Made by a program: the position numbers and the translations under genes. Positions 1 through 30,900 of a DNA stretch of 64,000 nucleotides are shown one piece after another. This DNA is from Tubiluchus corallicola. Lineage: Eukaryota; Animalia; Priapulida. The stretch is taken from NCBI GenBank assembly GCA_030141605.1, contig JAQGDQ010000375.1, positions 1 to 64,000 on the forward strand, given 5' to 3'. Positions within the stretch are counted from its first letter, which is position 1. Each line of letters opens with the position of its first letter. The notes under the pieces are model-generated. The model did not search any database. It had not been told where the DNA came from and worked only from the letters and a program-made list of their open reading frames with translations.

Positions 1-122
1 TTGTTTAGGCCATTTCTCTCTATTTATTTAAAAACGCTGTCGCTGCATCAGTCGACCCTTCGATAATGATAATTTATTTCTAGAGCGGACAGTTTCATCG
101 ACATCAGTTGCGCTATAAATAC

Positions 123-231
123 AAGGCCCGGTTCACAAAGCTGTCACTGACTTAACGACGTCGCTATTAATAGTTAACTGAATGTAATAACGATGTCGTT
201 AACTTAGTGACAGCTTTGTGAAACCGGCCTT
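123..231. mobile_element. Short palindromic MITE-like element
   Basis: AAGGCCCGGTTCACAAAGCTGTCACT...AGTGACAGCTTTGTGAAACCGGCCTT; inverted arms pair over nearly the whole 109 bp. Confidence 0.65.
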
Positions 232-1621
232 GGTTTACAAATAAAAATGACTTTGGCAATTGAGCGTCAACCGAAATGCACAATCTACTCAGTATTGAAC
301 ACACTGTATACTACACACGCATTTGGTAAAAGTTATCTTTCTAATAACTGTGTCTGTTTCTAGCGAATCTTCTAAACTTTAAAAATTATTACAAAACTAT
401 ATTATAGTGCTATAATTCCTGTCATTTCTGCTATGTTGTAAGTTTGTTCTATGCAGTATAGTCTTAGTGACTATTATCAAAACCCAAAGGACATTAACGA
501 CTCCTTCTTGTTCCAAGGAAATTCCGAAATAGTTTAGTGTTTATACCCTCACCTGGTAATAAAGGCTAAGGGTAAGTCATCTGGAACCTCTTCCTACTCA
601 CAGTGCTTGCAGCCCTTTAATCAATTTATATTCTGAATGCGCGCTGCAACTAAACCGTTGAGCCTGTACTATAATTACGGTATCAGTTTAAAGTATACAC
701 GTACCGACAAAGTCGAATGAATCGTTGACTGGTGTTTTTACTATTTATGAAAGCCAATTTACGATGAGGATTGGGTTATAAATACTACGCCCATAAGTTA
801 TTCCCTTAGGTCATGACTGATTCTAAAAATGTAGGAAACAAGAATTACAACAACGAAATTTTTAAATTTGGTTGAGGTCACTAGCCGATAGTATCCTATG
901 ATGGCACTATGATTATTGAAACCAAAAAAACTTTGATAACCGAAGTATTTTCGAACCAATTCCACGTTTAATTATTGATAATCTTAATACCAAGACTTTA
1001 ATGAAACTGGCGGGCTGCTACGAGAACAAGGTATCGTAGCTGTTATGGCGTCTGCCCTTTAAGCAGAAGTTCCTGTTCAAATCAAGGCTGTGTACTTTTC
1101 CACATTTCTATTTTTCAAGTTCAAAGTGTCAGTCAGCTATGGGATTGTGCCATCATCAATTTCGCATATATTTTATGACCTGTATGGCTTTGAAATATTG
1201 GTAACGTAGTAAATATTTGTCTTAATTTTTGAAGATAACATTTGATTTGATTCCAAAAATGCCCATGTCAGCATCACAATTACTTAAAGTAATTGAACCG
1301 ACATTTCACCTATAGCGAGCATTAAAAACAAATTTGCTCTCTCGATCAAACTGTTTTTAGAAATTATGAAGCCGAATGTAGCCAAAAACGTTTATGTCAA
1401 TATGTTTTACTTAACCGTCTAATCTTTCTTTTTAATGGACTGTATTATAATTGCTATATATAGTAGACTATTATAATTGCTATTTTGAGACTGCTATTCA
1501 ATTGATTGTCTTATTTCCTGTATTTTTACTATAACTAACCTCTTGGGCCTTTATGAAACAACAGTCGTATGTAACTATTTCTAAAGTGATCAAGTAAAAA
1601 AAATTCTTATTCTTACTCTTA

Positions 1622-1684
1622 AGTGGCGTTTACGTAGACTATGTAAACTATCTGGCGTTTTCCAGAAACTATGTAGACGCCACT
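1622..1684. mobile_element. Harbinger/Tourist-type MITE (63 bp)
   Basis: TIR AGTGGCGTTTAC / GTAGACGCCACT, flanked by TTA on both sides. Confidence 0.6.
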
Positions 1685-1905
1685 TTACAAAGGCTTGACA
1701 AATGACCCAGCGTTTAAAACAACAGGCTGAAATGACAGAAAATCAGAAAACCATCATGCACTTACCTGCTATGCTATAATGGCTTATACCTTGGCCCAGC
1801 GGATGGATATTTTTGTAATAGGTGTCACGCATAACAAGTGATAGATTAGGCCTACATATTTTGTGCTGTATAGGTGTCGTTTCTAAAGAAATATTTCAGA
1901 CACAC

Positions 1906-2130
<225 letters not shown>

Positions 2131-5100
2131 GTTTGTGAGAGTGAAAAACAATTAATAGGGGTTCAGTATTCTTGTAAGCGCACACGGGTAATAATCAAAT
2201 GATATGAAAAGCGTAAAAATACTTCCTTACTACATTTTATTGCTACGATGCAAACATGATTGCATCGCGTACCGGAAATGTCATTTAATTGACCGGAAGT
2301 GATTGCCGGCAGTGAACCCGCAATTGTACGGTGAGGATGTGGTTATTGTTTGCCTTTCTTGCAAATTTCAATACCCCCACTTTCGCTAATGGAGAAAGTT
2401 GTCAATGGCTGAAAATAATTAATTCTGATTGGTGCCCCTGTCTTCCGCGTTTGAGCATTTACTTTCAGTAGCGTTACCTCATTGTGTAGGCTGTAGTACT
2501 ACTTGAGTTTCAGACAGACACACTGTTGTTTATTGTAAAAATTCACTGGCTATTGGCTATTCTTAACAGTGCGATTCTATTTACACTACGCTTAGTATCA
2601 CTGCAAGTAATTTTGAAAGGGAAACTGCTTGTTACACTATGTGCATTATGTCTGCGCAAGCACCGTTATTCCAACAGACAGAGTAATTCACTGAATCATA
2701 ATGAAAATTAGTCAAAAGTAACTTTAGTGAAAGTTCCCGTTTACTGCGTATGTGCAGTAAATCAAAATTTCAACATGATTGATTTACTCACAAACCAGTT
2801 ACATACTGCGCTTACGTCACTGTTTAATAAATTTAATCATGGATTAAAAACTAACAAATTAGTGTGGTGGTACCTTGCGCTATAATTAATTAAATTTAAA
2901 TTAATTGTGAGTTTGCATCATCATGATTAACAATAATAATAACATATTATAATTGATTAAATTTGGGTGGTGTAACCTACTTTGGGTGGCTTAATTATAT
3001 GACAATCCTTTCTAAGTGAAACAGCTAAGACTAGACTGGTGTGACGTAAAAGTGGTTGCTCATATACGTATCAATTTGATTTTCTACAATTATACGGTAG
3101 TGAATTTAAATTTATTAAAAAATGCCGAAAACGATTTTTGCGGTCGATAAATTTCTTCAAACTACAGAAATAAAAATACAAAACAAACATTTTACGTGAA
3201 AAAAGAGCTCTGTTTACATAAGTTTCCAGCGCCATAAGTTTTACAAAAAGCAGCACACTTTAAGTGCAAGCCTCCCTTTTATCTTGGGAACGGTATGGCA
3301 TGGTACGTGTGATGCTTCACGAAGAAAGCGATTGTAGAAAATGCGCAAAAATATGATTATTAAAAGTCGCATCCTCTAACGACTGACTCCATACTGCACT
3401 ATATTATAACAACACTAAATGCTGTGTATGTACTTGAGCTGATCCCCTACAAAAATAAAATAATAAGTTAAAACATGGCTTCATCATCGCTGTAAGGTGA
3501 CATCAACTCTCTAGTAGAAGCTCTGGTTTTTCTGGCGTAGTGGTTGCTGAAAAAGCTTGATCATCATTCATGTTATAAGTATTAAAATCAGTTTCATCAG
3601 TACAAAGTAGTCAAATGACATACAATATTTTTATGAGATAGCTTAACTTACGTCAGCTTTGCTGCTGAATATAGTTTTGCAGTGCATATTGTGTTCAAGT
3701 AAGCAATTATCTAATGTATGCATACAAGTATCAATCGTTATAATTTTCTCTACGTATATATTCATTATCGATGCACCGATGTCTATAGTGATTTGATACA
3801 TACTGCGTTATTTCAGTGAACTTACATGCAAGTTTGCTATCCCAGTCAGTACTTTGATTAATAATCTACATCTTGTAAAAATTACCTCAAAACGCCGAAA
3901 TTCTAAAATTTTGTAAAATGATTCCGAAGCAAGGATGGTGTTTTATGGGCCTGACTTTGTTTTTGGTTTGAAGGATGGGCTAAATTGATAATTTCTTGCT
4001 GTGTATTTTTTGAATAAATAGAGGACTATAAACATCAGTAAGCTCAGATTTAAATAAATGAAACCACACGAGGTTAGTGCGTCTAAATTTCTTAATTTCT
4101 TAATGACAGTAAACATACTGTTGTAATGGCTGTAATAGACAACATGGGAATGTCCCACCTAGCTTTCCTGCTCCCTTCCCGTAGATGCCTCGCCACGTGA
4201 TTAAAAATCAACTACACTATCTCTTGTATCGTCTTATATGCTCGTGGTTTAGAAAAAGTCAAGTTTTATAGCTGTCATCATAAGGTCCCAAAAATGAACA
4301 AGAAATTATCTGCGCTGACTGCTCAAAACAGTTTTAGAACCTGTTGTTATTAGCTAATGTTTTATGTAGAGTCATGTTACTTTTTAAGTGGAATTTACCT
4401 TCGGGGAAAGGCTGTTTTGTCTTGCGGTGTCTACTTGCAGACATTTTAAAGATGACAGGTGGCTTTTGCTTCAAGAGGTCATTACACTTGTACCTTGGAC
4501 TTGGATTTAAGCACCGAAATACGCACATGTATTATGCTTGCATATACCCACACGCATTATGTGTATTTATAATTATACTTATTAATGCTAATACTTTTTT
4601 ATTCTTTTGTACATCGTTAAATAGCTCTTGGCCGTTTTTCTTTTGGGCTACTTACAACGGCATGAAGAAAGTATTCTGTATGATTAAACAAACATTTGTA
4701 AAATGTAAATTAATTCAGAGACAAAATAAGAACCGCAAGCCGGAAATTATCTCAGTCGCCCACAGAGGTGGCTCATCTCTTTCCGTGTTTATCGTTGTTA
4801 CTGGAATACCAGCTATGCCATTTTAAGGTATTGACCTTTTCAAAATCGTAAAACAACACAATAAAGAAACGTTAACTGTAAAACAGTGATAATAGCAATT
4901 GTCCCGAATTAGGAGACAGTGCAACGACGAAACAAATTTACGAGTAAAAATAGATGGGTAGAAGCACAATTAAGAAATAGAAAGGCGAAACTCTCCAGCA
5001 GGGCCACTGGTTCATTATTTCCTGTTTCACTACCGCCAAAATTCCACTTTGTTTCATCGAGTGTTAAGGAATAAATTAAACTAAACTAAAAGTAAATTGG

Positions 5101-5440
5101 AAAAATTTGTATTTTCTGGAAGTTGGGGTATGTGTATGTGTTTTAGGTTTTAATTGGTTTTAGTTTGTGATGTTATTATGTGTATTAATTTTGTATTGAC
5201 GGACTCATGAAATAGAAATAGTCAATGCCACTAACTTGATTTTAAGATGACAAATCAAAATCCTACTTTTTTAATCGATGCAGAATTCGTTCAAGTGGGG
5301 CTCATTGTCTTGTGGGGTTTCATGATGATCCGTTGCGAATTGCCATTTTCATATTCTTATTTTTTGTCTAGAAAGATGTAATTGTTACCATCTAGAATTC
5401 AAGATGACAGATCAAAAATTTGATTCCGTCTCTCAATGCA

Positions 5441-5520
5441 ACAGCAGCAGCAGAAATAACAACAACAAAAACAATAACAACAACAACAACAACGACGACG
5501 ACAGCAGCTGCAGCAGCAAT
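5441..5520. repeat. Mixed (CAG/CAA/GAC)n trinucleotide repeat
   Basis: Direct read. Confidence 0.9.
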
Positions 5521-6099
5521 ATCAAGAAAAATTTGGGTCCAGACCCTCGACCAAAAAGAGCTGTATTCATCTGTCTCAATTTTCCTTCTGCTATGGTGTG
5601 TTGTGTGGACCGGATTTGGGAAACCTATTAAGAAAGCATTGAATTGTAAGTTGAGATTGATTTTCGCATTGCTGCCTATATTTCTTTGATTATTATATGT
5701 TCTGATGCGTTTTGACATGTGATAGAGATTTAATATGAATAGGTACAATGATCTGATTTATGTGACTTGTTCACATACTTTGGTGGTTGATATTGTTCCT
5801 GTAAAGCATTCATGCAGATCACGTTTGTCCAGAATTGCCTATGTATTGACAACTGAAACGCTCAACTGAACTTTGTGTATCAGTGCTGGGTAAAACTAGG
5901 TCTTATGAAGGGATGAAGGGCAACATGATCACGACGCATGTCGATTGACGGTTGTGAACTTACTTTCCCGGACTAATCTTTGTAGAATTCCGTTAACAGG
6001 TTTCAGACATTGATCACTATTTAGTATTGATTTTTAAATCATATACACGTCATTATGCACATTGTTTCAACCGAGACATTGAAGCTAAGTGTGTTTGTT

Positions 6100-6398
6100 A
6101 CAACAGTAACGTAATAATGACAGTAACGGTAACGATAACACTAGTGGGTAACAGTAATAACGGTAACGGTAGCCGCAGTAGTAGTAAAAGTAACGGTAAC
6201 GGTAACCGTAACAGTAACAGCAACAGCAACAATATCAGTAACAATAACAGTAACAGTGACAGTGACAGTAGCAATAACAATAACAATAACAGTAACAGTA
6301 ACAGTAACAGTAACAGTAACAGTAACAGTAACAGTAACAGTAACAGTAACAGTAACAGTAACAGTAACAGTAACAGTAACAGTAACAGTAACAGTAAC
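6100..6398. repeat. (AACAGT)n hexanucleotide repeat with degenerate 5' part
   Basis: Direct read; pure tract at about 6288-6398. Confidence 0.95.
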
Positions 6399-8242
6399 AA
6401 AAACGGTGGCAGTATGAAAATATAACGACTGTGATGGTTAAAGCAGAAAAAAGAATACATGATGATGGTACGGAATGACTGACCGGTTTTACATATCCAA
6501 ATTTTACAATAAAGTACGTGTAACGTTGTCATGAAAAGAGCGCAAATCATAGAGTAGCCCATTATGTGTTAATATGAGTTCGTTGATGTTTTTAAATAAA
6601 ATTAACATTTTTTTCTTGTACAATTGAAATCTTTGTAGTATTTGAATTATAAAAGACTTATTGTTTAATGCCTCACAATAAATGACAAGATTAACACCCT
6701 TAAGTCTAGTAAAGAATACAACACGACAACGCATAGAAGGAAAACGTGAAATTTAAAATGGCTCATCGACTCAAGAAGCTGATTTTTTGTGTCTATAATA
6801 TCATTCGACTCATTTCCTATGACAACGTTTACTTTCCTGATAAAAAACCAAGACACTTTATTTTTGATCGATGTTGTTTAAAATATCATCATCTTCCCAA
6901 GTTGACAGACGTAAATTGTGTTTTCGCATACATGTTTTCGCTTATAGTAGCGGGCTCAACAATGTTGCAATCTTCCGTTGTTTCTAAATAATTTTTGTCG
7001 GTGTCGGCCGTTTACGATTACTGCCGTTGCTCTCGGTGATTAAAACTTTCGAATAATTTAACTTTTTAATAATTTACATTTCCTTTGACGACAAAACGCG
7101 AAAGCTGGTTTTTAAAACAATATTATTTTTGATATCAATATTATGGGTAAGTGATTATATACTATATCCGTATAATAAGGGTTTATTGCTATTTTTGTCT
7201 ACACGACCACTTCCGTGTCACACAGGCTTGAGAATTTCTTTCTTTACAAATTCGCTCTTTAATTAGACTTACAAAAAACTCAGTTGTCACCTGACATTCT
7301 GTTTTCTGTTTTTGGGATAATTAACGTGCTTTCGTTTTCAACACTCACTTAAGAGTAAAACCAGGTAGGTGAAAGACCTGTAGATCACTGGGCGTGGTTA
7401 AAGCGTTGAATGGCAGGTGCTGTAACCATAACGATTATATAAATCACCTACAGCTATAGTGAATATGATTCCGTGTGGTATTCTGGTGTTTCAAATTAGT
7501 TCATAGACCTGAACTTGGATACATTGTTTAGGATTTCTTAACTCATCTTCAAAAGTAAGTTCATATTCAAATTTTTATTTTTTAGCACAATAACCCTACT
7601 TAACACTAAAACCATTGGTTATAGTGTGCTTTCTGAACATGTAAATTTTGATATAAGCTCACTAAATGCGCAAACCCAGTTTTTTGTTTTGACGTTATCG
7701 TTTTTGAACTGTGGAAAAACAATGTCACAATGATTATTTACGAAATTTGATACTAAACTTTTGAATAAATGCCTAAAAGTTGCTCCCTTTGTCATTTGCG
7801 TTTTGTTTAAAACATTTTACTGAGTGACATTTAATTGCTAGTCCACCAGGGTGGTTTAATGAAACGCACTTCCTATGCTGAAATAAGTCAGTTAGTCAAT
7901 GCTGTTTAAGCAGATTCGTTTCAACAAAGTTTAAAAACAAGTAATAATGATAAATGAACATTATTACTGTGAGTGTGAAAGGAGAGTGTTCTATAAGCAA
8001 TAAATTAGGCATTCGCAGTAGAAAACCCGAGCATCATTAGCACTTTAAAGAAACAAGAAGATTTTGAAAATAGTTATAAAATCTTGTGTCACCAGAATTC
8101 AGCAGTAAGTCTAGTACCAAGCTTAATCTGCGTTTTGCTCATTCAGTCACCAAAGTCTGTCATGGCTTTATGGATTTGTTATCTTTTTAATTCATTTAAG
8201 AATAAATTGGTACGAATTTTAACATAGATCATATTCTTACAG

Positions 8243-8304
8243 GTGACAGAATGATAGATTTGTTTAATGAGGGTAGACTTCTAAGTAACGAAGAAAGTGT
8301 TGGT
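8243..8304 (+). other. Probable upstream exon of the ZP gene (5' UTR or N-terminal extension)
   Basis: Acceptor ttcttacag|, donor |gtaaga, open frame DRMIDLFNEGRLLSNEESVG that splices in frame to the exon at 8451-8510. Confidence 0.55.
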
Positions 8305-8483
8305 GTAAGAATGAGATATCGCATGTTTGTTATAGCTAGAATTTTTAATTCTAAATAGAACATCGCCCAATTGAATGAATTAAAACGGGAATGTTTCAGG
8401 CAATTGAATGGTTGTATATATGAGTTTTAATTAAATTTTTATTTTTGTAGGTAGACCTATTGATTAACGTTGAAGCCACGGAT

Positions 8484-24707
<16,224 letters not shown>

Positions 24708-27700
24708 TGTGGGAAATGCAATGCTTAAACTTATTTAGTTTGTGAAAAAGCCCGTGGATGTGTTTCTTCTGTAAGAAAATATATGTTTGCTGATAATGCT
24801 TCTCAAAGTCTAAGGTGCTATAAACATTTTTATTAAATATTGAATTTCTCAAGCGAAATGAGATTGACTTACATGGCCTAATTGCATGCTAAGTGCAAAA
24901 GTTGTGAGAAAAAGCACACTCGATAAATCAGAAGAAATAAATATTTAGCGCCAAGGGTCACGGTTTTAAATAGATCTAACTGAAATTTTAATTTATGACA
25001 CCAAGATCTGTAACTGTAGGTTTTATTATTTCTGTTAAATTGGAAATATTGTTTAATGTAGTCTTAAAACTGAAATAATTTAAAGGTTATGGTCTAGTTT
25101 ATCAAGTGTAAATGAGTGTTTACTTAATTGCTGTGATTAATTTAAAAGTTTAAAATATAGCACAGGTTTCCCTTGCAGGGTAATGCAACCTGGTTTAAAA
25201 ACAGCACATTTTTAACTTATAACTTGTTACTGGAGATTCGAAAGCTTGAACGCAGTATTTTGCTTCATTATCTATTATCATTTTGGATTCCTCTTAAAAT
25301 TTAACGCACGAGCTCATCGTGTCCCAGAAAAAACACTAGTGATTTACAAAATCAGTTTTCGATCAAATTGTAGCCTAATTAAGCCTGAGATGCATAGAGA
25401 CACAGAGGAGAAAAATCTTTCTTACTTCGATATGTTCTGCGTTAAAAGCCAATTTGTTACTGGTCGTTCGCTTGGTTTTTTTGTTGAATAAACTGTGTAC
25501 ATAGATGAAATTATTATTATTGTAGTCATATAAATGATGGCCTAAACTATTAAGCAATATAAAAGTGATTGCAAAATGCTCAACTTTTTATTATTGTAAA
25601 GAGTGGCAAATTATTATTTGCAAGTTAGAAGAGTTATAAACTTTTATACAGTGCATACCTTAACACATGGTAGTTGTTTTTACTTGTGTATGCAAAAATG
25701 TATGCATGTATAAATAGTAAAGTTGTAATATATCGCATGTTGCTAACTCTCAACGCATGCGTGTATATATTGTGCTGTTAAAGAATAAAGAATATTTTAC
25801 AAGAATTATGTTTTAAACACTTATGTTTTATTTCTGCTTTTAGCAATTTTTTGCAATCTACAACACAGTGACACGATGTACGATGTATTTAGTGACAAAC
25901 TGATACAAAACCGATAAAATTATACTATTGTGGAATTGTACCAATGTATCACGGGCTCCTAAATTAATAATACTGATAATGGTAGACCATTTTAATGTAA
26001 TATAATTGTTTAATATCGCCTATAAAAACTTGTGCTTATTTTACTAACTCATCAACTCAGTTTTAAAAAAAGAGATGTCAATTAATTTCAAAAATGTGCA
26101 TCAATTTTTCAAAGCAAGTTTTCAAGTAGTTAAAAAATACACTTTGGTTTGGTACGTATTAAAATTTCTTCCACAGAAACTGGTAATGCATAACATTTTG
26201 TACTTCGACTAGATGTAGCAACTAAGAGTAAATACAGGTAACATCAACAGCAACAATAATTGTAGTTCTTCGATCTTAGATGTGAAAAAATCCCACACCA
26301 AGATTTCGTTGTTCAAACTGAAACATTTTCACCACACATAATGGCACATTCGACCATCGTTTGCTTACAGCTTGTGAACAAAGGCATTTTAAACAATGAA
26401 ATAACTCAGAGTGGGATTTTTAGCTCAATATATTGCTTTATATTCTAAATTACATAATGTTAACTATATTCTAACATTTTATTGCTACTAATTATCTATT
26501 ATATAGACAATTAAATATACACGTATGTATGAATAGTACAAGTAGTAGTAGCTTAGTGATATACTATACCTATGTCTATGCCCATATACTTAATTACCAA
26601 CAATTCCTGAATATGTAAAATGATTAGAATTTTTTATACTTTTACCTGTAGTATAGAGCTTGTACTGTTCTGCCTGAAACAGCACTCAAAAATATAAAAA
26701 CTATGAGAACTAATGAAACTGAACATGTACAAGACATGAGTATAAATTTTAGTAGAAAAAACGTTTGCAAGTTGGTGACTAGAAGGAAAATTATACAACT
26801 TTTCAAACCGTTACAAACCATTTATGAAATATTCATCATAAAGAAATAAACAGGCAAAAATTTGTCATTGATAAAAGATATTTTAGATGATGTCTGTCTT
26901 AATTTTTGAAGCCAGTGATCGTTTAAAATGTTGTTTCCTAGTTTGCAATTTAACATTTTAGATAAGTATAGTGAATACATAAGCTCTTTTTCCTCGTTCG
27001 GTAAGACTGATTCTCTAAGCTGTAAACATGCTCAGCATGTGAATCAACTAACTAGGGTAGGGGCACATTAAGACTGTTTGTTAAACGAGTAAGAGCAAAT
27101 AAATTTAATATCCTTTTCTCTGCACTTGTTTTTTACTATTGTAATTTTTAATGCACACTTTTTACAATTTAACACTAAAGATAGAGACATGCATAGCACT
27201 TGGTCTATAACCTATAAAGAAAACATAGTGTTGAACAACTCACGCAGCACAGCAGTTTGGAAAATTGGCTTAACAGTAAGCTATGTGTGGACTCGGTCTT
27301 GGAATTAAACTTTGAAGTCAATACATGCATAGACCACTTGAACGCACAACAGACGAGTGAATTTTACAGGTAGGCAGGTATACTATTATATTTTGAGGTC
27401 ATTGGTTGCGTAAATGATTTTAACAGCAAAGGTGAATTTTGCAAAAAAATTGTATAGGGCCTTCCTTCAAATCTGTGCAAGATGGTTTATAGAGAGTGCA
27501 CAAAGAAAATTTTGTATGTACTGCAATGTAAAATGGTACTAGAATGACACAACTTTGCGAAGTATAATAGCCATCTTGCAATTAATTTTGGGTAAAATTC
27601 TTTGAGGTAAAACAAAAATTTATGCAATTGCAGCAAGCAAGTGTAATTATGTTCTTCAACTGAAGGTTCTCCTTTAGTTGCTATTAATAATGACCAGTCG

Positions 27701-27961
27701 TCAACCTTCAGAAGAAGCTTAGTTTATAACTATAGACTAATGAAAGCACGCAGTGTATCTTTATTGCTAGAACCAGCTAACTTTAAAATCACATCTTCAA
27801 GCTCCTCGGTAAAATAATTAAAAGGTACTTTGGAATGTTTCTAATTTTGAACTAAAATACAATAGGCCTACATCTATGAGCGACATGCTCAACATTTACA
27901 TGAGTTTAGGCATACTGGCCACTACCGCAGAAATCACAAGCAAACTCGAGCACCTCTTTGT

Positions 27962-30900
27962 TTAAAGGTCATCGCCAAGTCGTTTAATTTCTGATATAAC
28001 AAAGTCCATCTCCTCTGGTCCACGAAAAGGAGTGCTGGGTATGACCATTCTGAAGAAATTTGGAAAGTTTTGTGACTTTAGTGGTTGATATCCAATCATC
28101 ATCGTACCTTCAGAAATCATCCTTTCCTTAATCTTTGGTGCCACCTGCAAGAAAGAAACATTAATTTTTGGCCCACTGTATTTGATTTGGCTAGTATCTG
28201 ATTAGTAGTCTTTCAACTGACATGTAAATACTGGCATAAATACTGTTGTTGTTGGTGGTGGTAGTGGCGGTGCTGTAGTGGTTATTGTATCATACATTAA
28301 CAATGGCATTGTTGTTGTCATCATTATTATTGCTGTCATTCACCAAAATGTGTTGCCAGTGGAGGTGTTTCAAATTTTCTATTTCAGTATTGATTTCATA
28401 CATTTATAAATTGATCTGTACAATTCTGAAAAAGTTAAATAACAAAACAGTAGAATTTCCAATATTCAATATGGCCGTTGGCTTTTTTATGATGCTGGCA
28501 ACAATTAGACAAAAATGCAGAAGCATGTGAGTGAATGAAAAAATAGTTAAATGGACGAATGAGCAACATAACAATGAACAAATGAAGAAACAAATCAATG
28601 AAACAAATACTGGACAGGAAAATTAAGAAAAAAACAAGTCACTAGACAGGAATGCAGACAGACAGATAGAAAGACAGACAAACAAACATACAAACAAACA
28701 AACTAACTGAAAAATGCCTAAAATAAAAAGCAAAATGTGTTAAAAGTAAAACAAATATTACCTTCCCCAACTTTTCATTATAATCATGTGATCCGTTTTT
28801 CCCTTGTAAACTTCTTGGAATGTACCAGAAGCAGACATTAGCATATTCAAACTGTAATAAAGAAAAGAACTGAATGGTGACTACCTCAAAGCTGATATTA
28901 GATCTGCTACATATTTCTGAGCAGATTCAATCGTGTTTTTGTTTCTCACTGGCCACTGTGTTAAACTGTCAACAAGTACTATGATTCCGAGATTGCAAAA
29001 ATGCTAGATATTAGCACAGAACTCAAGACTATATATGAAGCATTCACTTAATACAAAAATCGATAACTCATACATGGTGCTAATGCTTCAAAGGCGAGTG
29101 GGTAAACCATAGATAATAACATTATGACAAGCAGAATAAAGCATTATTGTTATTACCAACGTCATAGATATGAGGTACATATTGCACTTTTTTACCAGCT
29201 AGTCGTTGGTTGGTGCAGCGTGTCACGTGTTTGTACACCGCAGACACAGTGAGTGCTCCGATTATAGTGTTTTCTCCGTGATATTACTTACAATAAATTG
29301 CAATTTTCTTTCTTTTTTTGTAAGTGGGTGTTAGAAGTTAGTAAGGTTATACTTGTATACAAAAGCTTTTTGGTTCTAGTGTATTAATAGCAGTATAATG
29401 CTGAGAGAATTTATGTAGGTGGCACCGTCTACTATGCTCTGCTGTACCATTTTCTGCTGAGTAAACTATCAGATTGAGATCAATGGCATAAATCAAAATA
29501 ATTTAACATGTTTTGCAACCTGATTCAAAAACTCTTGAGGAATCAAAAATCTTATCTATTCTCATTATGTGGAACAGAAAGAAATACTGCAGTTTAGTCA
29601 CATTGTCTACATGATGCTACGTTACTGAACTGAAACAATGAAGGTTTAATACCTCAGGCAGTACAAGTTGAAAACCATCCGTGTTTTGAATCTTTTCTGC
29701 CAGGTACCTGAAAATAAAATCAACTAGGAGGTTAAAAGCAAATTTACAGAATACAAAACATGTAAAATAATAAATGAAGAAATAATAAAACACAAACTTA
29801 TCATAAACTGTAACCAGAATCTTCAACAACAGGAAGTACATCATTAGAAACTAAGAGCAAACAAAATTATGGTGATACTATAATTTTGCGTAGTATTAAT
29901 TTCTTTTGTGAACTATACTTTTAAGAGAGCATTAGTAATTTTCAGTCTGGCAGATTTAGAGATAATTGTGAATAATGTGAATTGAATTGAATGTAAAACC
30001 TATTGAATAATGTAATAGTGCCCTATTTTCCTGCGTTACTGTCCAAGCTTGGTCTTTTATTTTAAATGCTTGCACAAGCCAAATAAAAACTGCTTTACTT
30101 AACAATTTTTTTAACTAATTAATTTAATGTATACCCATTCAAGTGTTGAGACTATTTGAACTTATAGTATTTCTTTAAGAGATGAAGCAGTTTAGTTTTG
30201 CATATGTACAGTTGCGAAATTGGTACAGGTACAGTAAACCTAGTGACGTTTAATGCATAATTTTCTCTCATTGTTTATTTTAAAAATACCTAACACAGGT
30301 ACGTGATTCCTAGATGTCGTGTAGAAGTGAATTTCTCAATCTATCTATGCAGTTGAGATTTGGTTTTTGAGCATACGGTAACATGTGGCACGCACGCCTA
30401 AAGTATGTCCACACTGCTCAGTTTGAAAGTTTCTTTGATGCGATTAATTGAGATGCTTTGATTTATATTATTGTGAAACTTCTTGAAAACCTACCAGCCC
30501 AGTGGTGAGGCGAAGAGATGGCGATCCACGAGGTGAACTATCAGCTGTCAAAATTCAGTGGAATGGAATAACAGAATGAATGGTATGGACTGATAGGAAA
30601 TGGAATGGAATGACGTAGCTCTGTTTACAATATAGAATGATCAAATATGGTTATGGAATGGAGATGTGGTGAACACCAAGATAGGAGCTGTGATGTGGTA
30701 ACCTGGTACCGACTGGTATACTTGTAGCCCCGTTTACACTTGTACAATTTTGTTTTAATTATCTGCGCACAGTTTCCATTCGTAATGTATTTGTGCTTAA
30801 AGCACAAGAAAATCCTCCACTTACATAAAGCTTAAAAATTCGTCTTGAAATACTATACACTTAATGTACTGCCTTTTTTCATACAGGGCTTGCATCGGCA

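Noticed and set aside
5530-6000. Decayed LINE fragments (also about 45290-45600 and 60000-60200)
   Set aside because: The composition is suggestive, but I could not recognise reverse transcriptase or endonuclease motifs; this needs RepeatMasker or tBLASTn.
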